DNA of 64,000 nucleotides from an uncultured Oscillospiraceae bacterium (lineage in GTDB: Bacteria > Bacillota > Clostridia > Oscillospirales > Oscillospiraceae). The stretch covers positions 15,708-79,707 of the forward strand of contig CAJUSG010000001.1 of NCBI GenBank assembly GCA_910589085.1, given 5' to 3'. Within the stretch, counting starts at the first letter, position 1, and each line of letters begins with the position of its first letter. Of this stretch, positions 37,495-47,497 are shown one piece after another. The notes beneath the pieces were generated by a model. The model was not told the origin of the DNA and made no database searches. It saw only the letters and a list, made by a program, of their open reading frames with translations. The translations under genes were made by a program, and so were the position numbers.

Positions 37495-38931
37495 ATGTCC
37501 ACAAACCGTTATGAGAGCCCCCTGTCCTCCCGCTATGCCAGTGACGAGATGCAGTACATCTTTTCCCCGGACAAGAAATTTTCCACCTGGCGCCGGCTGT
37601 GGGTGGCTCTGGCCCGGGCGGAGATGGAACTGGGCCTGCCCGTCACCCGGGAGCAGGTGGAGGAGCTGGAGGCCCATATAGAGGATATCGACTATGACCG
37701 GGCTGCCCAATGGGAGAAGAAGCTGCGCCACGACGTGATGGCCCACGTCCACACCTACGGTGAGCTGTGCCCCAAGGCTATGCCCATCATCCATCTGGGG
37801 GCCACCAGCTGCTATGTAGGGGACAACACAGATGTCATTGTCATGCGGGAAGGACTGGAGCTGATCCGGAGGAAGGTCGTCCGGGTACTGGCCCATCTGG
37901 CGGACTTTTCTGACAAGTATAAAGCCTTGCCGACCCTTGGTTTTACACACTTCCAGGCTGCCCAGCTGGTCACCGTAGGTAAACGGGCGGCCTTATGGAT
38001 GAATGAGCTGCTTATGGACCTGGAGGAGATCGATCACCGTATATCCACTCTGGCCCTGCTGGGCTCCAAGGGCACCACTGGCACCCAGGCCTCCTTCCTG
38101 GAGCTCTTTGAGGGAGACCACGGGAAGGTCAAGCTGCTGGAGGAAAAGATTGCGAAGGAGATGGGCTTTACAGCGGTTGTCCCTGTAAGCGGACAGACAT
38201 ACTCCCGCAAGCTGGACTATAATGTGGTGTCCACTCTGGCAGGGGTGGCCCAGAGTGCCAGCAAATTTGCTACCGATCTCCGTCTGCTGTGCCATTTGAA
38301 GGAGGTGGAGGAGCCCTTTGAGAAGAACCAGATCGGCTCCTCAGCCATGCCGTATAAGCGCAACCCCATGCGGTGTGAGAGAATCTGCTCTCTGGCCCGC
38401 TATGTGATTGTAGATGTGGGCAACCCCGCCGTTACCACCGCCACCCAGTGGTTTGAACGTACGCTGGACGACTCTGCCAACAAGCGTCTCAGCGTCCCCG
38501 AGGCCTTTTTGGCGGTGGATGCCATTTTGAATATCTGGGCCAACGTGGCCTCTGGACTGGTAGTCCATCCCAAGGTGATTGAGAAGCATGTGCTGGAGGA
38601 ACTGCCCTTTATGGCCAGTGAAAATATCATGATGGACGCCGTGAAGCGGGGCGGAGACCGGCAGGAGCTCCATGAGCGCATCCGAGTGCTGTCCCAGGAG
38701 GCTGGCTACCATGTAAAGGAATTAGGCTTGTCAAACAATCTCATTGACCTGATGGCCGGCGACCCGGCATTTGGTATGACCAGAGAAGAACTGTCTGTCC
38801 ATCTGGACCCCAGCAGCTATATCGGCCGCTGTCCGGAGCAGGTGGAGGAGTTTTTGGCAGAGAGGGTTACTCCGGTTTTGCAGAAATATGCCGGCGCGCT
38901 GTCTGGAGAGGACACCGAATTAACGGTCTGA
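37495..38931 (+). CDS. purB: Adenylosuccinate lyase
   Basis: RHDVMAH, GFTHFQ, GSSAMPYKRNP. Confidence 0.95.
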   Translation: MSTNRYESPLSSRYASDEMQYIFSPDKKFSTWRRLWVALARAEMELGLPVTREQVEELEAHIEDIDYDRAAQWEKKLRHDVMAHVHTYGELCPKAMPIIHLGATSCYVGDNTDVIVMREGLELIRRKVVRVLAHLADFSDKYKALPTLGFTHFQAAQLVTVGKRAALWMNELLMDLEEIDHRISTLALLGSKGTTGTQASFLELFEGDHGKVKLLEEKIAKEMGFTAVVPVSGQTYSRKLDYNVVSTLAGVAQSASKFATDLRLLCHLKEVEEPFEKNQIGSSAMPYKRNPMRCERICSLARYVIVDVGNPAVTTATQWFERTLDDSANKRLSVPEAFLAVDAILNIWANVASGLVVHPKVIEKHVLEELPFMASENIMMDAVKRGGDRQELHERIRVLSQEAGYHVKELGLSNNLIDLMAGDPAFGMTREELSVHLDPSSYIGRCPEQVEEFLAERVTPVLQKYAGALSGEDTELTV

Positions 38932-38946
38932 AGAGGGGGGAAGCGT

Positions 38947-40215
38947 ATGAAACGGAACGACAGGCATCCCTATCTGGCCGCTGGACTTACCGCCTTTGCG
39001 GTAGTGGCGGCGTCGTTATGCCTTTTTTTCGCGCTGTTTCATTTTTCTGATGTGGCCCGCTTTTTTAATATGCTCGGGGCAATCCTGCGGCCTATTTTCA
39101 TGGGTGCTGTAATCGCTTTTCTGCTGCTGCCCGTCCATCGGTATATTCTTCGTTTTTTGACGGCTATGACTCCGGATAAACGGATCAAAAATAAGCGGGA
39201 TATGGCTTTTCTCAATATTGTAGCCATTATTCTCAGCTTGCTGTTGGCCTTTTTCCTCTTCTATTTGCTGCTGGCTATGGTGATTCCTCAGGTATATGAC
39301 AGTGTGGTCGGGCTGATTCAGGCCATTCCGGACTACATTGAGGTGGTTCAGGTCTGGCTTCAGACCTTCTTTGAGGATAACCCGGATATTCAGGCGGCCA
39401 TTATGCCGGTTTATAGCTCTGCCGCCTCCTCACTGGAGCAGTGGCTGAACTCGGACATTCTGCCCAATCTGGAGTCAGTGACCACCACCTTCAACTGGGT
39501 GCGGCAGACCATTTTGCCCAATATTACCGGCGTGGTGGCCGGGGTGTCCGGGATGGTAGTGGGGTTCCTGGTGCTGGTGAAGGACCTGCTTATTTCCATT
39601 ATTGTCTCCGTCTACCTTCTGGTGCGCAAGGACATTTTTGCCGCCCAGAGCAAGAAAATTATCTACAGTTTGTTCCGCACTGACATTGCCGACCTGATTG
39701 TGGATGAGACGCGAAATGCGTACAGGATTATGAGCGGATTCATCAACGGAAAGCTGTTGGATTCCCTCATTATTGGGATTATCTGTCTGGTTTGCTGCAA
39801 TCTGTTCAAGTTTCCATATCCCGCACTTATTGCGACCATTGTGGGCGTGACCAACATTATTCCCTTTTTTGGTCCCTTTATTGGGGCAATTCCCTGCGGA
39901 CTTCTGATTTTTTTGGTCAACCCTTTGCAGGCGATATATTTTGCCATTTTTATTCTGGTCCTTCAGCAGTTTGACGGCAACATCCTGGGCCCCAAGATTT
40001 TGGGGGATTCCACAGGGCTCGCCTCTTTCTGGGTGCTGTTCTCTATTCTGTTTTTCGGCGGTCTGTTTGGCTTTGCCGGGATGGTACTGGGAGTGCCTGT
40101 CTTTGCCATGTTCTACAGTGTAGTCAGCCGTCTGGTGAGCTATGGCTTGCGTTCCCGCAGTCTGCCGGTAGAGACAGAGGACTATATGGGAAAAACAGGG
40201 CCGATGGCCCGGTAA
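38947..40215 (+). CDS. AI-2E family transporter
   Basis: NIIPFFGPFIG, QQFDGNILGPKI. Confidence 0.88.
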   Translation: MKRNDRHPYLAAGLTAFAVVAASLCLFFALFHFSDVARFFNMLGAILRPIFMGAVIAFLLLPVHRYILRFLTAMTPDKRIKNKRDMAFLNIVAIILSLLLAFFLFYLLLAMVIPQVYDSVVGLIQAIPDYIEVVQVWLQTFFEDNPDIQAAIMPVYSSAASSLEQWLNSDILPNLESVTTTFNWVRQTILPNITGVVAGVSGMVVGFLVLVKDLLISIIVSVYLLVRKDIFAAQSKKIIYSLFRTDIADLIVDETRNAYRIMSGFINGKLLDSLIIGIICLVCCNLFKFPYPALIATIVGVTNIIPFFGPFIGAIPCGLLIFLVNPLQAIYFAIFILVLQQFDGNILGPKILGDSTGLASFWVLFSILFFGGLFGFAGMVLGVPVFAMFYSVVSRLVSYGLRSRSLPVETEDYMGKTGPMAR

Positions 40216-40261
40216 ATGGGATAAAAAGGCGGCTTGGTGTTTTCACCAGGCCGCCTGTATT

Positions 40262-40732
40262 TCAGTGCTCCAATTTGGCTTTGCCGGTAATTTCCTCCAT
40301 GTGGACCTTCCACACGGCTGTAACCGGCATACTTTGTTCGATTGCCGCCTCAAATCCGTCCATATGCTCCGGGGTGAGCTTTTGACAAAGGGCTCGGAGG
40401 GCCTGGACCTTCTCATCAGGGTTGTCCACCTCGCTGGCTGTTCCGGTCACAATGACAGACTGGAACCAAGTGGAGTACATAGCCGGGGGAGAGAAGAAGG
40501 GGCGATCATCCCCCACGAAGGTTATGCACACCTGAGGGAAACGGCGCAGCAGGTCAATTTTCCGCCCCTCCCGGGCACAGTGAAAATACAGGCTGTCCCC
40601 AATTCGTACAAAGGACAGGGGCAGGCAGTAGGGAGCGCCCTCCTCCGTGGACAAAGCCATAATTCCGTGGGTACAGCGGTCAATCAGCTCCAGGGAAAAT
40701 TCCTGATTCTGAGCGCGGTCGTTTCGTCTCAT
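40262..40732 (-). CDS. Pyridoxamine 5'-phosphate oxidase-like (NimA-type) flavin-binding protein
   Basis: [33 protein letters not shown]. Confidence 0.85.
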   Translation of the reverse strand: MRRNDRAQNQEFSLELIDRCTHGIMALSTEEGAPYCLPLSFVRIGDSLYFHCAREGRKIDLLRRFPQVCITFVGDDRPFFSPPAMYSTWFQSVIVTGTASEVDNPDEKVQALRALCQKLTPEHMDGFEAAIEQSMPVTAVWKVHMEEITGKAKLEH

Positions 40733-41259
40733 GTTGATTCCTCCTTATGGTCCAGCAGTTGGATGATGTTTAAATAAAGGGCGGAGGGGTCCGCCTGAAA
40801 GACCTGGGCCCAGCGCTGAGCCTGTTCTGGCTGAGAGGCCAAAAGGGTCAGGTGAAGCAATGGGGCCTTTTCATCCTCTAAAGTCAGGCAGAGGGTGACG
40901 GTCCCATCGCCGTTGTCCATCATCTGTGAGCGGACCTGAGCCTCCCGTCTCAGCGCCTCATTGACCTTGACCAGGTTATCGTCGCAGTGCCGCCGTACCG
41001 AGCGGGGCAGGCTGTTCTGACAAATCTGGCTGTTACGCCGGCCCTTGTCTGTAATAGCATAGCGGTCTTCCTCCTTGGTCAGCTGTCCAGTGGCCACCAT
41101 GTGATCCACCGCCTGGGTGAGGGAGAAGTAGTCCACCCCCGCATCGCACAGCGCAAGTTCAAACAGCTGCAAAAAGGTGATCGGACCAGCGGCACGGTCC
41201 ATAATATAGAGAACCAGAAGCTTCAGATCCAGCTCGTCCTGGATAAATCCGATGGGCAT
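40729..41259 (-). CDS. DUF4364 family protein
   Basis: KLLVLYIM, DYF.L, YAITDKG. Confidence 0.75.
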   Translation of the reverse strand: MPIGFIQDELDLKLLVLYIMDRAAGPITFLQLFELALCDAGVDYFSLTQAVDHMVATGQLTKEEDRYAITDKGRRNSQICQNSLPRSVRRHCDDNLVKVNEALRREAQVRSQMMDNGDGTVTLCLTLEDEKAPLLHLTLLASQPEQAQRWAQVFQADPSALYLNIIQLLDHKEEST

Positions 41260-41470
41260 AACGGGCATCCTTTCAGTATGTTATGCAGGGAACAGGTCCG
41301 GACCCGCCCTGCGATTTCACGATTTTATTATAGCGGAAATTTTTAAAAAGGGCAAGATAAAAACGGTATCTCCCGCACCAAAAACTGCCTGGCACATAAG
41401 ATGGATTGTAAGCAAAACCCTTACCGGGCGTTCAGACGCCAATGACCATCCAAATCTAGGAGGGAATTCT

Positions 41471-42295
41471 ATGCCAGAAAAGGTCGTGCCCGGCCCCGTC
41501 AGCGATGATCGCAGTATCCGGGAGGCCGTGTGCATACACACGAAAAAGATCTTTGACTCGTGCCGTGATAAGGACTGTGTGGAAGATTTAAGAGTTTATC
41601 CAACCCGCTGCTCCCAGGAGGTGATTGACCGGGCTCAGTCTATCAAGGCTGGGAATGCCGAACTGCTGTATGCGTACATTGATGTGGAGCCGGTCACCTT
41701 CAATCGGGGCTTCTATACCGTAGATGTGCGGTATTTCTACCGTATCACAGCAGACGCCTTTGTCGGTGCCTCGCGCCCTGTGCAGATCTGCGGGCTGGCC
41801 GTGTTCAGCAAGCGGGCTGTGCTCTTCGGCAGCGAGAGCGGGTCCAAGAGCTTCAGCTCTGACGGTAACGAGAATCAGGTCCAGTGTGTGCCCCAGTCCA
41901 GTCTGCCCACCGCGGTGGTGGAGGCGGTTGACCCGCTGATTCTGAGCCTGAAGCTGGTGGATGTCTGCGAGTGCCGCCCCTGCGACTGCGGCTGTGTGGA
42001 CATTCCCATGGCGGTGGCCGCCTGCTTTGGGGATGAGTTGGTGACCGGCGGTGATCTGCACCGGGTATTTGTTACCCTAGGTCAGTTTTCCATCATTCGT
42101 ATGGAGCGGGATACCCAGCTGTTGATTCCCGCTTATGACTATTGCATCCCCACCAAGGACTGCAGCTGCGGTGAGGATCACTGTCAGGAGGATCCCTGCG
42201 ATATGTTCCGACATGTCCAGTTCCCTGTAGACGAATTTTTCCCGCCCAACACCATTACCACAACCAGCAGCGCCAACAACTGCTGCTGCCGGTAA
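41471..42295 (+). CDS. Cys-rich putative spore protein
   Basis: EAVCIHTKKIFDSCRDKDC; CATAAGAT sigK/E-like -10 upstream. Confidence 0.65.
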   Translation: MPEKVVPGPVSDDRSIREAVCIHTKKIFDSCRDKDCVEDLRVYPTRCSQEVIDRAQSIKAGNAELLYAYIDVEPVTFNRGFYTVDVRYFYRITADAFVGASRPVQICGLAVFSKRAVLFGSESGSKSFSSDGNENQVQCVPQSSLPTAVVEAVDPLILSLKLVDVCECRPCDCGCVDIPMAVAACFGDELVTGGDLHRVFVTLGQFSIIRMERDTQLLIPAYDYCIPTKDCSCGEDHCQEDPCDMFRHVQFPVDEFFPPNTITTTSSANNCCCR

Positions 42296-42330
42296 CAATA
42301 AAAGGGACTGCCTTCAGGCGGTCCCTTTTG

Positions 42331-43857
42331 CTACATCAGCGGCGCAAACACCCGCAGAATGCTGCGGTAGAGCTGAAGCAGAATATTTAGATGCTTGAAA
42401 CGCCGCAGAGAGTAGGATTCGGACACCTTCAGGGTCTCCTCAAAATCCTTGCGTATCTCCCGGATGCAGGGAGCCTCACACAGCCAGATGCCGTCCTCGA
42501 AGTGAAGGAACAGGCTGCGGTAGTCCAGATTGACGGTGCCCACAGTGGCGAAGCGGTCGTCCACAACAAAGTTTTTGGCGTGGATAAAGCCGGGGGTATA
42601 CTCGTATATTTTTACGCCTGCCTCCAGCAGGGGGGGATAGTGGGCCCGGGTGACCTCAAACACATACCGCTTATCCGGAATGTGGGGGGTAATGATACGC
42701 ACATCCACCCCGGACTTGGCGGCGTTGCACAGGGCGGTGTTGGTAGCCACGTCGATAACCAGATAGGGCGTGGTGATATAGATATAGTTTTTGGCCTTGG
42801 CGATCATGTTGAGATAGACCGCCTGCCCCACGGTCTCGCGGTCCAAGGGGGTGTCGGTATAGGGCTGGACATATCCTGTCCAGGGGCGTACCGGGGCGGC
42901 AGGGGGACGGAAACGCTCAAAATCCTCATCCCAGTTGGCAATATTGTCCCACATGGTGAGGAACATCACAGTCATAGACCATACAGCGTCCCCCTCCAAA
43001 AGAATAGAACTGTCCTTCCAGGTGCCAAACCGTTCCCGCACATTGATATACTCATCAGCCAGATTGATCCCCCCGGTGAAGCCGACCTTTCCATCAATAA
43101 TCAGCAGCTTTCGGTGGTCCCGGTTGTTCAGTCGCAGTGACATGACCGGCAGAAAGCGGTTAAATACCCGGCACTGGATTCCCTTTTGGGACAAAATCTC
43201 GTCATAATCCCGGGGCAGGGTAAACATGCAGCCCATGTCATCATAGATCACACGGACTTCTACTCCCTGGGCGGCTTTCCGCTCCAGAATAGCCAGGATG
43301 CTGTCCCAGAATACGCCGGGCTCAATGATAAAATACTCCAGAAAAATATATTTTTGAGCTTTTTCCAGCTCCTCCAGCATCCGGGGAAACGCATCATCCC
43401 CCAGGGGAAAATATTCCGTCTCGGTGTTGGTATAGGCAGGACAGGCAGCCCGACGTTCCAGATAGCTGGCCTGTCCGGCGGCATCTCCGCCCAGCGGGAG
43501 CAGATCGTCCGCCTTAAAATCCTCCCGCAGAGCCTGGGCGGATTTTTCCAGCATACCCTGCATCCGCTTCTGCGTGCGTTTTGGAATGGTGCCGCCCCCC
43601 GACATTATGTAGAAGATTCCCCCAAAGACGGGAAAGGGCAGAACTAACAGGAGCCAGGCGATTTTATAGCCAGGCTCCATCCGGCTGCCCACAATGGCCA
43701 GAGCGGCCAGAACGCTCAGGGCAATGCAGCACCAATAGAAGATCTGTGTGTACTCGGAGAAGAGGGAGACCATGATAAACAGCGTAGTAATTTGAGCCAG
43801 CAGGGCCAGGGCCACAAACACGGAGCGGTGAAACAGAATATAGAGCAGTTTTTTCAT
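42331..43857 (-). CDS. cls: Cardiolipin synthase
   Basis: Two PLD motifs, HRKLLIID and HAKNFVVD. Confidence 0.93.
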   Translation of the reverse strand: MKKLLYILFHRSVFVALALLAQITTLFIMVSLFSEYTQIFYWCCIALSVLAALAIVGSRMEPGYKIAWLLLVLPFPVFGGIFYIMSGGGTIPKRTQKRMQGMLEKSAQALREDFKADDLLPLGGDAAGQASYLERRAACPAYTNTETEYFPLGDDAFPRMLEELEKAQKYIFLEYFIIEPGVFWDSILAILERKAAQGVEVRVIYDDMGCMFTLPRDYDEILSQKGIQCRVFNRFLPVMSLRLNNRDHRKLLIIDGKVGFTGGINLADEYINVRERFGTWKDSSILLEGDAVWSMTVMFLTMWDNIANWDEDFERFRPPAAPVRPWTGYVQPYTDTPLDRETVGQAVYLNMIAKAKNYIYITTPYLVIDVATNTALCNAAKSGVDVRIITPHIPDKRYVFEVTRAHYPPLLEAGVKIYEYTPGFIHAKNFVVDDRFATVGTVNLDYRSLFLHFEDGIWLCEAPCIREIRKDFEETLKVSESYSLRRFKHLNILLQLYRSILRVFAPLM

Positions 43858-43903
43858 GGTGTATCATCTCCGATTTGCTGTGCGGGACATAGCCAGCTTT
43901 CTG

Positions 43904-44362
43904 CTAGATCTGCTGTAATGTACAGGAAATATTCCCGGCCTCAATTTCAATCAACCCATAGCTGGACCGGGCGGGGCCGGGATTCATCATCCAGAGGCCG
44001 TCTTCCAGCTGGCGGCACAGAGGGATATGGGTATGGCCGAACAGGAGGATGTCCGCATTTACAGCCCGGGCATCGGCAATGGCCGCCTCATATCCGCTTT
44101 TAACCCCCCAGCGGTGTCCATGAGACAGGAGGATAGATTTACCCGCCAGGGATATCTGCTTCTTGACAGGCGCTGAGATCATCCATCCGTCGCAGTTTCC
44201 GGGAACCATGCAGAAGGGGAGCTTGGGGTAGTGCTCAGCCACCTGCTCGGCGTCGTCCATCATATCGCCCAGGTGGATGACCTGCTGGGGCTGATGGAGC
44301 TCCAGAGCGGCGTACATTCCGGACAGGAATCGGTGGGAATCAGAAAAAACTAAAATTTTCAA
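43904..44362 (-). CDS. YfcE/MJ0936 phosphodiesterase
   Basis: SDSH, HLGD, GNCD, HGH, GHTH, NPG. Confidence 0.88.
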   Translation of the reverse strand: MKILVFSDSHRFLSGMYAALELHQPQQVIHLGDMMDDAEQVAEHYPKLPFCMVPGNCDGWMISAPVKKQISLAGKSILLSHGHRWGVKSGYEAAIADARAVNADILLFGHTHIPLCRQLEDGLWMMNPGPARSSYGLIEIEAGNISCTLQQI

Positions 44363-44446
44363 GCTGTGTCACCTGGCGCTTTCTGTGCATATACTGAAAT
44401 AGTCAATAAAGACGAATCCTTTAAATCCGATTGTGGAGGGGTTGAC

Positions 44447-44683
44447 ATGGAATTTGAGAAAAACCGGGAAGCGATCACCCGGCTGGCCCAGTCCAGCGAC
44501 GCGCAGAAGCTGATGGAGCTGCTGAAACAGCAGAGCGGCGGCGTCCAGCAGGCGGCTCAGGCGGCGGCGGCCGGCAATCCAAGCCAGCTTATGGCGATCA
44601 TGGATCAGCTGATGCACAGCAAGGAGGGAGCTGAACTGGTGGGTCGGATCGAGACCCAGGCCAAAAAGGCGGGCCTGGGGTAG
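44447..44683 (+). CDS. Hypothetical protein (likely sporulation)
   Basis: RBS ggaggg; sigE-like CATATACT upstream. Confidence 0.65.
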   Translation: MEFEKNREAITRLAQSSDAQKLMELLKQQSGGVQQAAQAAAAGNPSQLMAIMDQLMHSKEGAELVGRIETQAKKAGLG

Positions 44684-44774
44684 GGGAGAGGCCCTAAGCG
44701 CCGTTCTGACAGGGGGGCAGCGCCCCCTTCGGAGCGGCAAGCGATTCAGAATCTGAGACAGGGAGGGAGCGCAT

Positions 44775-45188
44775 GTGGCAGGGTTTGAGGAACAACTAAA
44801 TTCCATTCTGGGCAATCAAGAGGCGATGAACCAGATCATGTCCCTGGCCCGCTCCCTCTCCGGGGAACAACCTCCGAAAGAGGCGGCGCCTGCCCTGGAG
44901 AGCCCGGCGGAAGGGGAGACTACATATGTGCCCGTAGGGGAGACGTCCTCCGACCTGTCGGCCATGCTGGGAAAGCTGGACCCGAAGCTGATTCAGGTTG
45001 GGATGGATGTGATCCGCCAGGTGCAGAACACCGAGGACCGCAACGCCGCCCTTCTCAATGCCCTGCGCCCCTTCCTGCGTGAGGAGCGGCAGGCCCGGCT
45101 GGACCGGGCGCTGCAAATCGCCCGAATGGCCAGACTGGTCCGGGTGGCCCTGGGCTCCCTGGGGGGAAAGGAGGGGGAGCGTGTATAA
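44775..45188 (+). CDS. Hypothetical protein (likely sporulation)
   Basis: LLNALRPFL.EERQARLDRA pattern. Confidence 0.65.
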   Translation: MAGFEEQLNSILGNQEAMNQIMSLARSLSGEQPPKEAAPALESPAEGETTYVPVGETSSDLSAMLGKLDPKLIQVGMDVIRQVQNTEDRNAALLNALRPFLREERQARLDRALQIARMARLVRVALGSLGGKEGERV

Positions 45189-45537
45189 TCGTTATATCCC
45201 GGAGGATGTCTCTTATACCCCAGTGGAAAAAAATAGTTCCCCCGATCCATCCAGGGACAATTCGAAACCAATGGGCAGGTCACACCAGCAACCCTTTCCG
45301 TTTCCGGACTTTTTGTCCAAAAAGGAGAGCTTATCCGCCATACTGGGGGGCCGGGAGGGAGCTGGCCTGTCCGGACTGCTCAAATCGCTCCACCTGGATC
45401 ATATTGACAGCGGCGACATACTTCTGCTTCTGATTATGCTTTACTTGCTGGTGGAGGGGGATGATCTGGAGCTGGTCATCGCCCTGGGGCTGGTACTTAT
45501 TATGGGGCTGGGGGAGGAGAATGAGGATATCCCATAG
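45181..45537 (+). CDS. Hypothetical protein with C-terminal hydrophobic tail
   Basis: GTG start overlapping the upstream gene; YNRYIP; DSGDILLLLI. Confidence 0.65.
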   Translation: MYNRYIPEDVSYTPVEKNSSPDPSRDNSKPMGRSHQQPFPFPDFLSKKESLSAILGGREGAGLSGLLKSLHLDHIDSGDILLLLIMLYLLVEGDDLELVIALGLVLIMGLGEENEDIP

Positions 45538-45542
45538 CGGAT

Positions 45543-46304
45543 TCATTCTCCTAAATCGTGCAGAACCTCCCCATCCGGCAGCACAAAGGAGCTGTCGGAT
45601 GGACACGGGGATTGGACGGGGGAGTAGGCGGTCATGCGGTAGACCAGCTGACCGTCCTCTTCCACTTCGGCAGAGACCAGCAGACCTTCATCCACGCTGA
45701 CCCAGAACCGCTGAAGCTGCCGGGAGCGGCTGCGCTGTACCTCTACAAAGATGCACGGCAGATCACCGCGGGCCTCATATCCTGCGGCGGTTATTTCATT
45801 GGCGTCCAGCTCCAACACGGTCTCGTAGGTGGGGATGTGCTGGGCCAGATCAGAGGATTTTTTGTCCGCCGGGGTGCTTTTATACTGCTGAGAGCCCTCA
45901 TACCAGTAATACAGGGTGTCCTCGCCGCTGAGGTCGTGGCGCACAACTCCGGAGGGCAGGGCCTGAACGCTGTGGGACCAGCCGCCGTCTGCCCAGACCT
46001 GGACCTGGGTGGAGGAGGAGCCCCCTGTCCAAAAGGTCTCAACTGTCAGCTCCCGGTAATAGCTGGTGGGACGGGCCAGAGTGGCCACTACGCCAACAAC
46101 GGTCTGGGGCGTGACCTCTACCCGCTGATAATTGGGGCCCTCCGGTCCCGCGGGGGAGAGGTCCCCTGACCCGGCGCTGGAGGAGGGGAGCACCACCTTT
46201 GGGGTATTCGCGGCAAAAAGGACGCGGCCAAAGCTGGTAAACATGGCGCCTATGATGAGGAGGACGATAGCCACAACAATGAAAAGCCGGTTTTTTTGCT
46301 CCAA
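45543..46304 (-). CDS. Membrane-anchored hypothetical protein
   Basis: RBS gagggag, TTG start, N-terminal TM helix. Confidence 0.65.
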   Translation of the reverse strand: MEQKNRLFIVVAIVLLIIGAMFTSFGRVLFAANTPKVVLPSSSAGSGDLSPAGPEGPNYQRVEVTPQTVVGVVATLARPTSYYRELTVETFWTGGSSSTQVQVWADGGWSHSVQALPSGVVRHDLSGEDTLYYWYEGSQQYKSTPADKKSSDLAQHIPTYETVLELDANEITAAGYEARGDLPCIFVEVQRSRSRQLQRFWVSVDEGLLVSAEVEEDGQLVYRMTAYSPVQSPCPSDSSFVLPDGEVLHDLGE

Positions 46305-46348
46305 AGGTCTCCCTCCTCATGTATAAAATTTTCCCGGTGGCATGGTTT

Positions 46349-47497
46349 TTATCCCTTAAATTCCTCCGGCGGAGTTTCACGCAGGCCAAAGTGCCAGGCA
46401 ACGGCGTCAGCAATACGGCAGCAGGCCCGACCGTCTCCGTAGGGATTGGCGGCATGGGCCATTTTGTCATATTCCTCCCGGTTCGACAGCAGCTGCGCGG
46501 CCATTTGAAAAATGGTCTCCTCCTCCACACCGGCCAAGCGTACCGTACCGGCGGCCACTGCCTCAGGACGCTCTGTCTCTCTGCGCAGGACGAGCACCGG
46601 CTTGCCTAAGGCGGGCGCCTCCTCCTGAAGGCCACCTGAGTCGGTCATCACCATGTGGCAGCGCGCCATCAGATTATGCATCTCGTCCACCGACAAGGGG
46701 GCGATGAGATGAATCCGAGGGTGATTGTCCAAATATTTGTGAGCTGCCTCCTGGACCACAGGGGACAGGTGTACGGGATATACCAGCTCTGTTTCCGGAA
46801 AGGTGTCTGCAACTCTGCGCAGCGCGGTCATGATATTGGTCATGGGCTGGCCATAGTTTTCCCGTCTGTGGCAGGTGACAAGTATCACTTTTTGATTGAT
46901 ATAATCCAAACGATTGAGATTTACATCTGAAAAGTGAAAATCCTTTACAACAGTTGTCTGAAGGGCGTCAATGACGGTATTTCCGGTTAAAAAAACGCCA
47001 TTGGTAATATTTTCCTGAGCTAGATTATTCCGGTTGGATACCGTGGGGCAGAAGTGGAGGTCGGCGATGGCCCCTACCAGTTTTCGATTGACCTCTTCAG
47101 GAAAAGGGGACCACTTGTCATAGGTGCGAAGCCCGGCCTCTACATGTCCAACAGGAATTTTATGGTAAAAAGCGGCCAACGCGCCGGCAAAAGTGGTGGA
47201 GGTGTCTCCATGGACCAGCACCAGATCGGGTTTTGCCGCTTCCAGAACTCCGTCCATGCCGTTCAGACACTTGGAAGTAATGGTGGACAAGGTTTGCCGG
47301 GGTTCCATCACATTCAGGTCATAGTCGGGCCTGAGCCCAAAGATATCCAGCACCGAGTCCAGCATCTCCCGATGCTGGGCGGTAACACAGCAAACCGCCT
47401 CAAATTCAGGCCTTTTCGCCAGTTCCAAGGCCAACGGAGCCATTTTAATGGCCTCCGGCCGGGTACCAAATACGGTCATTACCTTCACTTTGTTCAT
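46349..47497 (-). CDS. wecB: UDP-GlcNAc 2-epimerase
   Basis: GTRPEAIKMAP, HGDT, HVEAGLR, DSGGLQEE. Confidence 0.95.
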   Translation of the reverse strand: MNKVKVMTVFGTRPEAIKMAPLALELAKRPEFEAVCCVTAQHREMLDSVLDIFGLRPDYDLNVMEPRQTLSTITSKCLNGMDGVLEAAKPDLVLVHGDTSTTFAGALAAFYHKIPVGHVEAGLRTYDKWSPFPEEVNRKLVGAIADLHFCPTVSNRNNLAQENITNGVFLTGNTVIDALQTTVVKDFHFSDVNLNRLDYINQKVILVTCHRRENYGQPMTNIMTALRRVADTFPETELVYPVHLSPVVQEAAHKYLDNHPRIHLIAPLSVDEMHNLMARCHMVMTDSGGLQEEAPALGKPVLVLRRETERPEAVAAGTVRLAGVEEETIFQMAAQLLSNREEYDKMAHAANPYGDGRACCRIADAVAWHFGLRETPPEEFKG

